In this document: in pieces, positions 1 through 15,829 of the stretch | How positions within the stretch are numbered: position 1 is the first letter of the stretch | Layout: each line of letters starts with the position of its first letter | Assembly: GCA_951406725.2 (NCBI GenBank) | Contig: OX597815.1 | Span: forward strand, 100,378,001 to 100,442,000 | DNA: 64,000 nt | DNA from: Octopus vulgaris | Lineage: Eukaryota | Reading direction: 5' to 3' | The notes under the pieces: generated by a model | Databases searched by the model: none | What the model was told of the DNA's origin: nothing | Seen by the model: only the letters and a program-made list of their open reading frames with translations | Program-made: the position numbers and the translations under genes

Positions 1-300
1 CTCTCTCTCTCTCTTTCTCTCTCTCCCCACCTCTCTCTCTCTGAAAACAAATACATAGAAAATATATCTGTGATAGCGTGTAACATTATTGACATAGATT
101 TTTTTAACGGGAAGCCTTTGAGTTTCGTACTTTTGATGAAAACCTCAAGCAGACATGATAACTTTAGAATCCTTCTGTTTACTTAAGACTAACAATTGGA
201 GTACACAAATGAGCCATCTCCATTAATAGAATGCCTCTCACTTTCTCTCTCCTTCTCTCTTTTTTCCCTCCTTCTTTCCCTCACTGCTAATTGTTTGATG

Positions 301-408
<108 letters not shown>

Positions 409-449
409 TAATCACTACCACTGATTTATCACCACCTTACTGACAATGA

Positions 450-486
<37 letters not shown>

Positions 487-1927
487 GCACGCTCCCATTT
501 TTTTCTTCTTCTTCTTTCCTAATGGCAGGTTATGCCTCCAGAACACCCCAAACCCTATGATCGAAGGCGATTGTTTAATGTAAGGCCAATAAATGAAACA
601 TCGCAAGAGTACAACCCATAATTTTCTCTATCACACTATCTCTCAATTTCTTTTTGCATCTTTGCCCCCTCTTTTTCCGTCTTTCCCCCCTTCTCTGTTT
701 GTCTTTCTATATCTGTATCCCTTTCTTTTCTTTCTTCTCTGTAATTCCTCTCCAACTTAAAACTCCGATTATGCGTTAATAGTTAGGAAGACGATGAAAA
801 CGATGTTGCGAAAGGATATTAACAAACACTTCTGGATGTTTGCTCTGCTGATGTCGTCTGCCAGAACTGAAGTGACGAGTAAAGAGAAAATGATAGCTTT
901 GTGCAAGAGAAGATTGTCTAAAAATGAACAAGATGAAAGGGGGCCAATGAACGCGGCAAAAGAAAAATAATCTGTTTAAGTATATATGGCGAACTGTGAA
1001 GAACGATAGTTTTGAATATTGAAAAAGCAAACCGAGTTAAATGGCGGTGATAGTGGGATGTTGATGGTATTTATGGAGGTGATGGTGATAGTGGGGGGAA
1101 AGTAATAGTAGTGTTGGAGTTGGTGGTAGTAGAGAGGTGATGGCAGCAGCAGAGATGGTGGGAAGTGGTAGTGATTTATGGTGGTGATGGCGGGGAGTTT
1201 TCAAACGGGAGAGTATGATGAAAATTGCGGTGGTGGTGTTAATAGTGGGATGATGGTAGGGGTGGGATGTCGGTAATATTAGAGTGATGGCAGTGATGAA
1301 AGTTATGGAGATGGGAAGAGGGTGATGGAGGGGGCTGTGCAGGCGAGATGATGGTTGTAAAAGCGATGATGAAGGTGGTGGGTGAGAATTATTTAGCGCG
1401 GAGGGGGGATGAAAGCAGGGATGACGTCGGCGGTGGCGGTGGTAGCGATGGTAGTGATGGTGATAGTGGTGATGGTGGTAGTAATGGTGGTCGTGGTGGC
1501 GGCGGCGGCGGTGAGGTAGTGGGGGGGAGGCTGGTGGTGGTGGTTATGCTGGTGGTGGTGATGCTGGTGCTGGTTGTGGTAGTAATAACAGGGTGAGGAT
1601 AATGATGAAATTTGTGATGGCCATGTTGATGACCATGAAGATGATGGTGCCAATGGCAGTTATATAGTTTATTGTTGTTATGGCTTCTTGTTGTTGTAGA
1701 TGATGTTGTTTAATCCCAGGTGAGCTCTGGCTAAACAAATCTATGTCCAACGTCATTCCTGCCGTGACCACCTCACTTTTATTCCAGACTGTGTTATCAA
1801 ATATGATATGATGGATATTTGGCTGTTATTTCTAGCAGATTGAGTGATCTTTGTTGAGTTAAGTTGGTGAATGACGGTGAAGGTGAAAGTTGTGACGGCG
1901 GTAGGGTGGCGGTGAAGCAGTGAGGCG

Positions 1928-2090
1928 GTGACGGCGGCGGCACGGGCGGCGGCACGGGCGGCGGCACGGGCGGCGGCACGGGCGGCGGCGGCGGCGGCAC
2001 GGGCGGCGGCGGCACGGGCGGCGGCGGCACGGGCGGCGGCGGCACGGGCGGCGGCGGCACGGGCGGCGGCGGCACGGGCGGCGGCGGCGG
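1928..2090. repeat. GC-rich 12/15-bp minisatellite (GGCACGGGCGGC[GGC])n
   Basis: Tandem units directly visible; they produce the spurious AAAAR/PPPVP ORFs. Confidence 0.9.
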
Positions 2091-2497
2091 TTGTGACGGA
2101 GTGTGACGGAGATGAGTAGAAGGTATTTAAAAAATGCAAGTGGAGTGATGCAGCAATCACATAAATAAGACTGCTTTATTTTAGTTTTGAAAACGTTTCA
2201 TTGTGAAATCGTTCTGAAAATTAAATATTTATAAAGTAAAACAAATAATGGGTGAGGAGGAAGGTAAGAGATGGGAGCATAAAACACAAGACTGAAAAAG
2301 GTAAATGATTTAAGAAAAATCAAAAGAATGAATTATATAGAAATACCAACTTAAAAGATGATAAATGTTTAGTTCGTTTTTATTCCGTTTCATTTTTTCT
2401 TTTAATTTTCTGTTATCTCACTCACCCACCCAGAATAAACATTTTCCTTGTCAATTCATTCTCAAACTTTCTCTCTGTCTGTTTTAATCTCTATTTC

Positions 2498-2591
<94 letters not shown>

Positions 2592-2684
2592 GTGAGCAGG
2601 CAAATAGATATATACATACGTACATACATACATACATACATACATACATACATACATACATACATACATACATACATACATACA
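2498..2684. repeat. Compound (AGAT)n / (TACA)n microsatellite
   Basis: Directly visible. Confidence 0.95.
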
Positions 2685-2712
2685 TAGAGAGAAAGTGGGG
2701 AGAGTGAGAGAG

Positions 2713-2900
2713 ATCTGGAACAAACGAAAAATAAAGTCCAAAACATTCTGTCTGTCCGTTTGTCTGTTACCATCCTGCTGCCCAAACCAGCGAACCAATC
2801 TTCACCAAACTTTGTATACATGCTGAACTAATATCCAGTTCAATTATAAGCTAACTGGATTTCAATAAAGATTGATAATGGACCGACTACGGAGGTTGGG
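2713..2900 (+). mobile_element. Non-autonomous Helitron-like 5' fragment (Lep1/DINE-like)
   Basis: ctgtctgtccgtttgtctgttacc...aaccaatcttcaccaaactttg resembles the 5' module of non-autonomous rolling-circle elements; no matching 3' end recognised. Confidence 0.4.
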
Positions 2901-3381
2901 CTATTACATGATTAAATGAGAGGGGTGCAAAAGTGTTAGGTTCAGAGAAATGTGGAATAATGAGGGTGGCTGAAATCAGGGAAGAGGAGGAGACCGAAAG
3001 AGATAGACATACAGGGAATGTGAGAGACAAACAGAGACAAGGACAGACAAGGACAGAGCGGGCGAGACAGAATGTGTCTTTAGTGAAGGGAGGAGCGAAT
3101 TTTAACATTTTGTTCTTTCATTTCTTCCTATCACTTAACGCATATACTTTAGTGAATTAACTATCGTATGCTCAGTCAAAACTTTTACAATATGTCCAAC
3201 AACAGATGTTAAACAAGTGGAAGGTAAACTGTTTTTATATTTGTTTTCAAATCACGTTGGTAAAGTTAATACACTATATGTCTTTTATTTTCTTCCATAG
3301 ATAAATAGCCACTCGTCTTCCATATATATAAAAGAGTGAGATATATATATATAGTGTGTGTATGTGTGTATCTTCCTTATG

Positions 3382-4448
3382 CATTCGAAAACTGAGTTGC
3401 CAATTTTGATGTATGGGGTATCGAAAGAATCAATAATCTTACGACTACCAAATAAACTATATTTTCATTTACATATTTGCATTACAAAAAGTTTACATTA
3501 TAATCTTTTCTATAAGTCAACTATCATAAACATTTTATACCACGTCGACAACGAAGACGACGTCACATATTCTATATGAGTGTGTACCTTAAAAGACATC
3601 CATTTCTCTACTTGTTATGACGAAATACAGTCACTCACTCTCTCTTTCTCTCACAAGCACATGCACACATATATACAAAAAGATGTATGTATATGTATTA
3701 TGTACATGCATATGTAAGGTGTATGTGTGAGAGACAGAGAGAGGGACAGAGTGAGCGACACACATACATGCAAAAAAATACATACATGACAACACACACC
3801 TTCACTCACTCACTCTCTCTCTCTCTCGCGCGCGTGCGCGCGCGCACATGCACACAGACACACACACACATGTCCATTTTGTATACATGTACATACATCT
3901 TTCCCTTTCTGCTCTCACTTCAAAGCAAATGTCGTCGTTTCACTTTCTCTTCTCTTTCAATTTGAGCTCTCTTCAAAGCATAAAGAAGTAAAAAATATTT
4001 TACGGAAATTAACGAATACATTCGAAAACGAGTTGTCGATTTTGACGTATGGGATATTAAAAGATTTAGTAATGTTTCGGCTAACAAATTAACTTTATTT
4101 TCATTTACATATTTGCATTACAAAAATTTAACCTTATAATCTTTCTGCAATTCAACTATCCTAAACAATATTTTATACCACGACGACGATGACGTCCCAT
4201 TTTCTATACGAGTGTGTACCTTAAAAGACATCCATTTCTCTATATGTTATGATGAAATACAGTCACTCACTTTCTCTCTCACATGCACACATACATACAA
4301 AAATGATGTATGTATATGTATTTTTGTACGTGCATATGAAAGATAATGTATGTGTGAGAGAGAGAAACAGACAGAGAGAGAGAAAGAGATAGTGAGTGCC
4401 ACTTACATATACATACGTGACAACACACACCTTCACTCACTCTCTCTT

Positions 4449-4494
<46 letters not shown>

Positions 4495-4663
4495 ATGTCC
4501 ATTTCATATACACGTACATACATTTTTCACTTTCTCCTCTCTTTCACTTTCTGCTCTCACTTAAAAGCAAATGTCGCCTTTTCACTTTCTCCTCTCTTTC
4601 AATTTCTGCTCTCTTCGAATCATAAAGAAATAAAACAAAAAATTTTACAGAAATTAACGAACA
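3382..4663. repeat. Diverged tandem duplication, two ~640-bp units
   Basis: Units start cattcgaaaac at ~3382 and ~4019. Both share atttacatatttgcattacaaaaa and gagtgtgtaccttaaaagacatccatttctcta, and both end ...gaaattaacgaa. Confidence 0.85.
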
Positions 4664-5530
4664 ATTATATGATCCCATATGATCGACCATATGATCGAAG
4701 TAACAACTTTCTTTCCTGCTTCAAACACAAAAATGCCATAAAATAACTTCCTCTGACACACACACACACACTAGGTAAAACTTCTTTCTATGTGCACGCG
4801 CAAAATTACAGCTCAAATCCAATTGAAATCATTTTTTTTTTTTTCTATTCTGTGATGAGTGTATTTAAAAATCTGATCTTCGATATAAATTTAAAAGGAA
4901 GTTCTCCCAGAAATCCTGCTCTTTACCTGTTGTTTCTAGCGTGTCCGGGATGACATTTGCGCCCCTCCCCCCTGATTTTTCCCTAAATTTCTTCCGATTC
5001 CTATGTTTTCAATACAAGAGATTGGGATTTCGCCCAAAAGACGTATTTTAATTTTCTCCCTCCCCATCCCAATTTCTTCATTTATTACTTTTTTTAAATC
5101 TTTTTCTTGGTAATTCACGGAGAAAAAACAGAGAGCACGAATCTTTAAGAATTTTCTTCTTTCTTTTTTCTTATAGAAACACTAACATTTCCTTCCAAAA
5201 CATCCACCTATCACCACACAACTTTCAAAAGTTACAAACTCCCAATGTTTCACTTTTAGGTTTTTGGAAAGCAGAGTAGTTTCTTCAGAAATAATGTCCG
5301 ACATAAAGAAGCCAACACTGGCTTTCAAGCGGTAGATGGACAAACACAAAAACGAACATATTTATGTGTATATGTATATATATTTGTATACGTAATTGTG
5401 TCTTTACGTGTGCCAACGCACGAAACTCTCAGGCTTTGAGTCACTTAGTTGCTTCTGATAAATATTAATAAAAATACATATATACTCATATTTTGAGTTC
5501 TATTTTTCCTGTTTGCACCAACATACGTAT

Positions 5531-5574
<44 letters not shown>

Positions 5575-5639
5575 ATGCATGTATTTATGTATGTATGGAT
5601 GGATGGATGGATGGATGTATGTATGCATGTATGTATTCT

Positions 5640-5860
5640 TTTACTCTCTTATTTGTTTCAGCCATTGACTGTGGCCATGCTGGAGCAGCGCCTTGAAGGG
5701 TTTTAGTCGAACAAATCGACCTCAGGATATTTATAAGCCTAGTACTTTTTCTTTCGTCTCTTGCCGAACCACTAAGTTACGGAAACGTAAACACACCAAC
5801 ATCGGTTGTCAAGTAGTGATAGTGGGGGACAACCACAGACACAAAGACTCATACACATAA
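5640..5860 (-). mobile_element. tRNA-derived SINE (family B) 3' half
   Basis: Reverse complement matches the tail of the full copy at 38446-38845. Confidence 0.75.
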
Positions 5861-5861
5861 C

Positions 5862-7610
<1,749 letters not shown>

Positions 7611-8589
7611 AAAATTCGAGAAAACTCAATATTTTACGATTTGCCTCTCTCATTTCAAGTGGTTTACTCCTTCCATTACCACCACACTTTCTCCTACTTT
7701 CTCTTTGCAAGTGTGAAACTATTAAAGTGAAAGTATTTATATAACAGAGATGAGCCATTAATACTGGTCATCCTTTTTGCTAGAGGAAGATCCGCTATGG
7801 TCTTATATGCTGTACCACTGGTTTTCAATTCATATTAATCAAATTAATATTCAATTTTTCACCCTTATTATGTGTGTGTGTGTGTATGTGTATGTGTGTG
7901 TATTAGCAATTCGTATAAAATTGCATCAATGACTTGAACTTGAATAAGTGGTTTCACATAAATGGGGATAAATTAAAAAGGTTTGGTGTTATTATTATTA
8001 CTGTTTGACTATTGTAATCACGTTTGTTGGTTCCTCGTCAGGGAAACGTTGTTGTGTTGCATTTGTTAAATAATTGTAAACCGTAACCCTCCCCCTTTCG
8101 GAGAAGGGGCTTTGGTTATTGTTTAAAAATTGAATTGTGTCCGTTTGGGGAAATTGACAATATTTTCACCGTCTTTACGGAAGCATTTTTCTTAAAATGC
8201 CTTCGATAGAAGAAAGTCCAAAAACGAATTTCGCTGCAGCCGTACACTTCTATACAAGAGGGAGGACAAGATCCAATTGATCGAAATTGCAAGAGACAGG
8301 CCTACAATTCCAGTCTGTTATATATTTTGAGTATTGTTATCACTAGCGATATCACGATATAACTTTGTATTTTGTATTTTATGTGTAGATGTATATATAT
8401 AGATGTACATGTAATAGGTACACATATATATATACACATATATACATGCATAATATATCTGCCCATACATACATACGCACACACACACACATACATAGGG
8501 GCAGGTGTGGCTGTGTGGTAACAAACTACGTTCCAAACACATGGTCCTGGGTTCAGTCCCACTGTGTGGTGACTTGGCATGTGTAAGCA

Positions 8590-10032
8590 CAAACACTCTG
8601 TCTTCACATTTGCTGCGTGAGACATGTTTTAATGTTGACGAGCTTGCCGAGTACATAGCCGACAATGAGCCAAAGCTCCTTCCAGAACAGAGGTTCGCTT
8701 ACAACTCCGTTGTTAATTCAGTCCGGGCCAAAGCTGGGGGGATTTTTTTCCTGGACGCTCCTGGGGGCACTGGGAAACTTTTTTCAACAAATTAATATTG
8801 GCTGAGATTAGGCGAACAGAAGGTATTGCCCTAGCTGTAGCATCATCTGGAATTGCGGCTACTTTGTTGCCAGGCGGCAGGACAACTCACTCCACTTTCA
8901 AGCTCCCGCTTGACTTAGCGAAGACTGAGACACCAACTTGCAACATCAGTAACAGCTCCGATTAGGCAGAAGTCTTCAGACGATGCAAGCTTATCGTTTC
9001 GGATGAATGCACGATGGCCCACAGACGTGCTCTTGAGACACTAGATAGATCTCTCAGAGACATCAAACACTCTTCAGCTCCCATGGGAGGCATAACACTT
9101 CTTCTTTCAGGGGACTTCCGACAAACACTTCCTGTTATTCCCAAAGGGACTACAGCTGATGCAGTAAGTTCGTGTCTTAAGTCATCCACATTGTGGCCAC
9201 TGGTGAAGACTCTCAAACTTCACACCAATATGCGTGCTCATATGCGACGTGATATCACATCAGCAGCATTTTCTCACACCCTCCTTGCACTTGGCGAAGG
9301 CAAAATACCAGGGGATGAAAATGGTAATATTGCCATCGATTCCATTTGTACCATTGTTAAAACGCCTTCTGATCTCAGAGATGCAGTGTTCCCAGATCTA
9401 CAAGCTAATTATCAGAATATGGATTGGATTGGCCAAAGGGCTATTCTGGCCCCGAGGAATAAAACTGTTCACCATATTAATGATGAAATGTTAAAACTCA
9501 TTTCTGGGGATGTCTATGTATATAAGTCTATCGATACAACTCCTGACCCAGAGGACGTCATCAACTATCCAATAGAGGTACTCAATTCCTTTGAGCCCCC
9601 GGACTACCACCACACATTCTCAAACTTAAAGTTGGTGCCCCTATAATGCTCATTAGAAATTTGGTTCCCCTAAAACAATGCAATGGCACACGTTTCATCG
9701 TTAAGTCCTTATCTCCCAATCTGATTGAGGCCACCATTATCACAGGGTGCGGTCGAGGCAACGTTATACCTAGGATGCATCTTTTCCCATCAGGAGCAGA
9801 CCTACCTTTCATATTTCGGAGGTCCCAGTTCCCAGTAAGGCCATGTTTCGCAATGTCAATTAACAAAGCGCAGGGTCAAACACTGTCTGTGGCGGGAATA
9901 CATTTGGGAGAGCCATGTTTCTCTCATGGTCAGCTTTATGTTGCCTGCTCGCGTGTCGGCAGCAACCGTGATGCTTTCACATTCGTTCCACAACGAAAAA
10001 CAAAAAACATTGAGTACAAGGAGGTTTTATAG
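8590..10032 (+). pseudogene. Helitron RepHel PIF1-family helicase domain, 5'-truncated and frameshifted
   Basis: Motifs LDAPGGTGK, ASSGIAATLL, DECTM, GDFRQTLPV, CNGTR, QFPVRPCFAMSINKAQGQT, FSHGQLYVACSRV. Frameshifts near 8776 and 9600, in-frame stop near 8963. Confidence 0.92.
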
Positions 10033-10841
10033 GATTACGTTTCATCATTTTCGAACACGTTATGATGGCATTTACATTTTTAAGCGTTTCATTACATTAA
10101 TTCACACTTAACCAACACCTGTCCTTCGCTCACCTCTATTTCTATCCATTCATCATCAAACCACCAGCCTCATCTTCTATATCCAACATACATGACACAT
10201 CTACCCCCTACATCTACACTCTTACTGTTAAAGTTTACATAAGCGACAACACGATCGCAACATACACTTTGGAAACTAAGCAACAGATCATTTTATACAA
10301 CAACAAATTTAATCATAACGCCCATCAATGAAAACATCTCCACCACTGTGTTGTGATTCATCTATTCAGCACCACTACAGTCTTGCCGGTCTTACATATG
10401 GTGAGTAGATGCTATTGTTCTATATTTTATAAATTACCCATATTTACTTACCCATGCTTCATTCCCCTCTTGCCTACATAGGGCATCCATTCTCTTTTAA
10501 CACAGCATGAAGTTTTGTAACAGCACATCCGCTGCCGTTCGTGGAAAACGAAGAGACCCTATTCACCTGCGAACGTTTTACACCGCCTTCCACGACTATC
10601 AAATTCTTACAATTATGAGAACAATAACATGGCTTTTTTCAAGGCAACCTCGCATTCAATTCTTACACCATTCTACGAGGGGTTAGGAACCCCTTTACAC
10701 GGCTTTCTATACAATTAGAAATACATTCATTCGCCGTAAACTTATATCAATATTTGCCTGAATAATCATCATAATTCAGTGCAATCATTAACAGTACTTT
10801 CAAGCAATTCAGCCCCGAGCATCGCCGGGCAATTCTGCTAG
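8590..10841 (+). mobile_element. Helitron remnant with intact 3' terminus
   Basis: Helicase above, GC hairpin gccccgagcatcgccgggc (10812-10830), then CTAG (10838-10841) followed by T: canonical Helitron 3' end. Confidence 0.85.
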
Positions 10842-11734
10842 TTATATTATATTTGGCGCAGTCAGGCGGCGGCTACACTGAGGCATCGTCTTGAATAATT
10901 TTAGTCGAACGAATCGACCCCATTACTAATTTTATTATAAGTCTGTTACATATTCTATAGGTCTCTCCTGCCGATTCGCTAAGTTACGGGGACATAAACA
11001 CACTAACACCAGTTGTCAAGCGATGAGTGGGGAACAAACACAGTCACAAAGACACACACATGATGTGATGTTCATTAGCCACAAAATGGCGAAATATCGG
11101 TGTCCATCACACCTCAATGAGATCAGTGACGAGTTGTCGAGTCGGTCTATGACTTTTAACACCCAACGTAATGACGGAGTCCTTTTCCAGTTACTATACG
11201 GCGGCGAACGTGCGAACAAGCAAAACCGACCGGTACATTGAGTATGCTATTCGACTCAAGTCGTGTCTCCTGGAACCAATTAACGATGCAGGGTGAATCA
11301 TACCTGTATATGTTTAGGTTTCTTTGAAATATAATTGTACAAGATGTTTCTTCAAATGTTTTAGTCAAAGGTTGTGCGAAAATAGTTCTAATTACACCTA
11401 GGCAAATAAGATTAAGTGTTTTTTTATGCGTGTATTAAACAACAGATTGCTAATCTTTCGAAAACAGGCGCGACGTATTTTGGTATTTACATATTACTGA
11501 AGAAGAATATTTATTTTTCTGTCTAGAGGAAATCCAAAGTTGCCTTTGCTTTATAAATAGGAACATTGTCCTGGATGTCATGCAAGTTCTACCAGTCGAG
11601 AATTCCGCATACCAAAAGCCAGCAAGTGTATGGGGTCATCAGGAGAGAATGCGCGCCGTTTCAGGGCCTACCTCTCAACGGCATCACTGATATGAGGCCA
11701 CGCTTGCTAGATCAACTGGTTATTAAATATAGCT

Positions 11735-13005
11735 CAATATTTCTCTAGCCATTGCTCATCGTCTCTTTTTAACCAAATCCAGCGACTAGCCTTCTCCACT
11801 ATAGTTTGGATATCGGTCATGGTGGTATTTACCTTACAATGGGTTAGGCCTAACGATAACAACAGTCGTCTCACACTGTACCCAACAAACCCTCTACATC
11901 CGACTTTCCAGCCTGCGTCTTCACATTCCTCGAGGTTTACATAACGGTCAATCTTTCGAGCCCGAGCGGCGTCTATATTATCTTCATGAGTAACTGTTAA
12001 CTCGACTAGATTTACGACTTTCTTTCCTTCACACTACATTAAGATGTCCAGTTTTTTCGTAAATGGGAAAGAGTCCTTGGCACCCGGGTAAATCTGCAGT
12101 CACCTCCCAAAAGCTGTTCCAATTTTCATCTCTCACAGGAAGTTTCTTGTTCTTCTCTTGAAACAGATCCGCTGTCCTGAGCACACGAAGGTAATGAAAT
12201 CTCTAGTTGGTATTTTCAACGGTTTTTTCTCACTGTTGTTGAGATCAATTTGGTTCTTTATAGCATTGAAGATAACCTTAAAGACCAGGTTGTGTCTCCA
12301 TGTATACCTGCTCAATGCCAATGAACAGTTGGAAAGAATGTTTCAGTGTTCCGGCCTTTCCGCATTTGCATATGTCATTATCTGAAACGTTCCATCTTAC
12401 TAGATTTGTAGGTGATGGCAAAACATCATAGGATGAACGAATCAGAAAACTTAGCCGAGATGAGTTCCACTTCCATATCTCATCCTAACTTATTTTCCTT
12501 TCAACAACATGTTCTTCCCATCTCGTCATCTGTCCTTGTTGAATACATCGGATCAAATGAAGCTCGATTCTCTCTGCTTCCCTCATTTTGACGCTGTTGC
12601 TAACAACAGATCTGCGTCCGCTCCGCATCATACTCGCAAACGGTCTGAACTGATCTGCGCAAAAGCCAAGTCCTTTCCGATGGTTTTGCGTTGCACCCAT
12701 CATATCTCTGTGTGTAAGAGAATACAAGATGTCATCAGCCTCAGCTTCTGCTTTCCACTTCCGAACTGTTTTCACCTCTGGTGGGTTACGCCTGATTTCC
12801 ATGTCCTACGATTCTCTCGGCATCATCACCGTCCGTATCTTCCCCAGTTTATATATTTCGACTATTGACGCCAGTGGTAACTGTAACGAACCTCTATTAC
12901 GATAAAGAGCTGAACTGTTCAACATCCGAGGTAGGCCTAGCCACTTTCCAATGAACACATTACATTTTTGTTCAATGATTTGAACTCGTGACAAGGCTAC
13001 CTCGT
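11735..13005 (-). mobile_element. HERO-like (RLE-type) non-LTR retrotransposon 3' fragment, degraded
   Basis: Minus-strand frames give KWLGLPRMLNSSALY, SYDVLPSPTNLVRW, CKCGKAGTLKHILSNC (Zn knuckle), RYTWRHN, LVELTV..RKIDRY (RLE) and C-terminal EKASRWIWLKR; many frameshifts. Confidence 0.75.
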
Positions 13006-13008
13006 ATA

Positions 13009-13650
13009 TTAAAATATGAAGTTCTCGATGTAAAGTCTTCCTTCTACATCAATGTGAGCACCGTCCAACATATTGATGTATTGTGCAGCATTGAAACGGA
13101 TATCCATGATGATAAGTGGCAGCTTCCCATTGGCAGATATTGATCCCCACACCATAAGACCTCCTCTGCTGCTCTGCCACTTGGAATAAGTAGAAATCTG
13201 TATACATCTATCTACCCAGTAATACTTATAGCCGTCGGGGGCCATCCAAATTCCATTTTTTCTCATCAGAGAACAGAACTCTTGTCCATTCATTATCCCG
13301 CATCTGATGCTGCCAAGCAAACTCCAATCTAACAGCTTTGTGGGAAGGGGACAATAAAGGACGTCCTAACCACTTCTTCAGGTGGAAACCATGGTTCAAA
13401 ATTACTCTTCTTACGGTAGATGTCGAGGTTCCTACTATTGCTGATGCCTCGATTTTGGAAACAGAAGAGCAGCGTGACTTCTTTACAGCTCTGACAATGG
13501 CCCTTTCATCCCTTCCTGACGTCTACCAGCATGAACTTTATTGTAGCCGTCAGGATCTTTCATAAAATTGCTCACTGGCGTTCTGCTTCATCGAATCTTC
13601 TTGGCAATCTTCCAGTTACTCATTCCTTCTGCTTTCACTGCAAGAATCTT
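13009..13650 (-). mobile_element. Tc1/mariner (Tc3-like) transposase fragment
   Basis: FSDEKKWNLDG across a frameshift into PDGYKYYW, GGLMVWGSIS, QYINML; truncated at NFIF just before the second catalytic Asp; HTH-like remains upstream. Confidence 0.8.
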
Positions 13651-13978
13651 TCTTTGTTCAATTTCAGAAAGTTTTGTAGCTTTAAGTATACTGGAAATGT
13701 AATCTGGATCACAGATAATATGACTGAGTTGAATATTTTCCGAAACAATCTGGAAAGAAATGAAAATGTATTAGTAGCTTTATGGTTTTGAAGTGTTGAT
13801 ATGCTAGAGAAAATTGGTAAATCAGGTGTTATAATGTGATAATAAAGGTACAAGATTTACATTTAAAAGTATTCACGAAATAACCATTCACAATATATTA
13901 TGCCCCCTTCGTCCCACTTAAATATAGAATTAAATTTCAAAATAGCTTTAAAAAACATGTGACTTTCTAGTAGTTTAT

Positions 13979-13996
13979 ACACACACACACACACAC

Positions 13997-14075
<79 letters not shown>
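13979..14075. repeat. (CA)n microsatellite
   Basis: Directly visible. Confidence 0.95.
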
Positions 14076-14077
<2 letters not shown>

Positions 14078-15298
14078 AAACAGCATCTTACAAAACCACT
14101 TTATTCATATAAAATCGAATTCATGTTCAATTTTGTGCAACCTTTTGTCAATTTCTTACTCAAATAAGGTAGGGGGGATCTCGTGCAATAATTTGAAATA
14201 TACTTCATTCGCATAGAGATGATAGTAAACAGTTCTTTGTTTCGAAAAATATACAATTAATTGAATTATTCCATGATCTATTAAGCAGTTAACGGAATCT
14301 TCTGTACCTGGCAAAAATATGTCTTCGCGAATGCTACGAGTTTAAGAAACATAACTCTTCGGCAATATATTAAGAGTTGTTTCCCTTGTTGAGTTTCTTT
14401 ACATTTTTATTTATGGTCTGTAATTTTCCTTTCTGTGTGTAATACTATATATCAAAAACAGCGTAGTCGTGCTTAGCAAAATCAATGAAGTATCTATTTA
14501 CTTTCCTTGCAGTATCTATTTACTTTCCTTTCCTTTGATCTTCATTCTTCCCAGATTGATTTTCATCTGCCACGCTGTTTGCTTATTCGTTCTTGCACAG
14601 AGTGTGAAAATTCATATACATTTTATCTTGTCAGCTAGTATGCTGGTTGTAAAATTATCATCCGAAATACTTGAGGTTTCGAAGTATATCATATTCCTTG
14701 TTGGTTCTCAAGTTTTCTTTTTTTTTTTAACTTCCTGGTGGCAGAGGGCAGAATTTCAACTCAGAATGCACAGAATCGAAACAGATACCGCATGACATAT
14801 TACGCTTGGATATTATACCAATCCACTAGTAGAATGATACTTTATTTATCGAACTCAGGAAAATGAAAAGCAAAGTTGATCTGGGCAAAATATCAACTCA
14901 GAGCGCAGAGAGTCAGAATACATGCTTCGGGGGCACTCTATCTGACACTCTAACAACTCAGTCATTTCGAGGACATATGATGTTCAACAACTGGATTCAG
15001 TAAAATCAACTGCTTACATTTCCGTATGAGTGGCCTCGTGTCTAAATTGTATCATACAAATAACAGGCCTCAGAGTATCTCGTAGTCTCTCGTAGCAACC
15101 ACACATATATAATAACATTGCAAAAATTACATCTCCAAAACTATCGAAAGTCTCAGGATAGCAAAGCTCATATGTAACCTACATCACAGTACCATTCATA
15201 GAAAGAATATGCTAAACCAGTGGATATCAAACTGTGCGTCGCGTAGGGTATCTTGATGCATTACGAGTTTTTTTTAAAAACAATTTAAGACTTTAAAG

Positions 15299-15550
15299 CA
15301 GTGACTCTCAATCGGGGTTCATATGATCCTGGGTGGACGTGGGCATATGAGATTTTTTAGTTAAAATTTTACGAGCAATAAATTGGTTATACTTCTACAG
15401 TACATGAAGTATTTTAAGAATTTTTGCACAATTTCTAATAATATTTAATTATAAAACTATAATCAGAATTCTAAAACATTGAATGACTATGGGTGCGTCT
15501 AAATAAAACGGAAATCAAAGAAACCCATAAGTAAAAAATGGTTGAAAATC
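15299..15550. mobile_element. hAT/Charlie-like MITE remnant
   Basis: cagtgactctcaatc ... ggttgaaaatc resembles degraded CAGTGGTTCTCAACC-type TIRs. Confidence 0.4.
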
Positions 15551-15716
15551 TTTACTTAAAAAAATCTTTATTTAAAAAATCTTTACTGAATCTTAAAGGG
15601 ACATGATATTCATAACTTTATTATGCACAAGTATAATTATAGCAAAGGAGTGTGAGGGATGGGTTTTCTGTTCTGAAGTTAAATCCTTCAAGATGGTGTC
15701 CCCAATGACAGAAACA

Positions 15717-15829
<113 letters not shown>

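Noticed and set aside
1348-2160. Gly-, Ala/Arg- and Pro-rich ORFs
   Set aside because: Products of low-complexity GGT/GGC repeats; no domain, no convincing splice structure.
8590-10032. Host PIF1 helicase gene
   Set aside because: Intronless, frameshifted, 5'-truncated and followed by a Helitron hairpin-CTAG end.
11632-11685. GAAAC...CTGATGA on the minus strand in the HERO-like 3' UTR as a permuted hammerhead
   Set aside because: The strands that should form stem II (CCCT and CCCC) cannot pair; only a GCCGT/ACGGC hairpin is supported.
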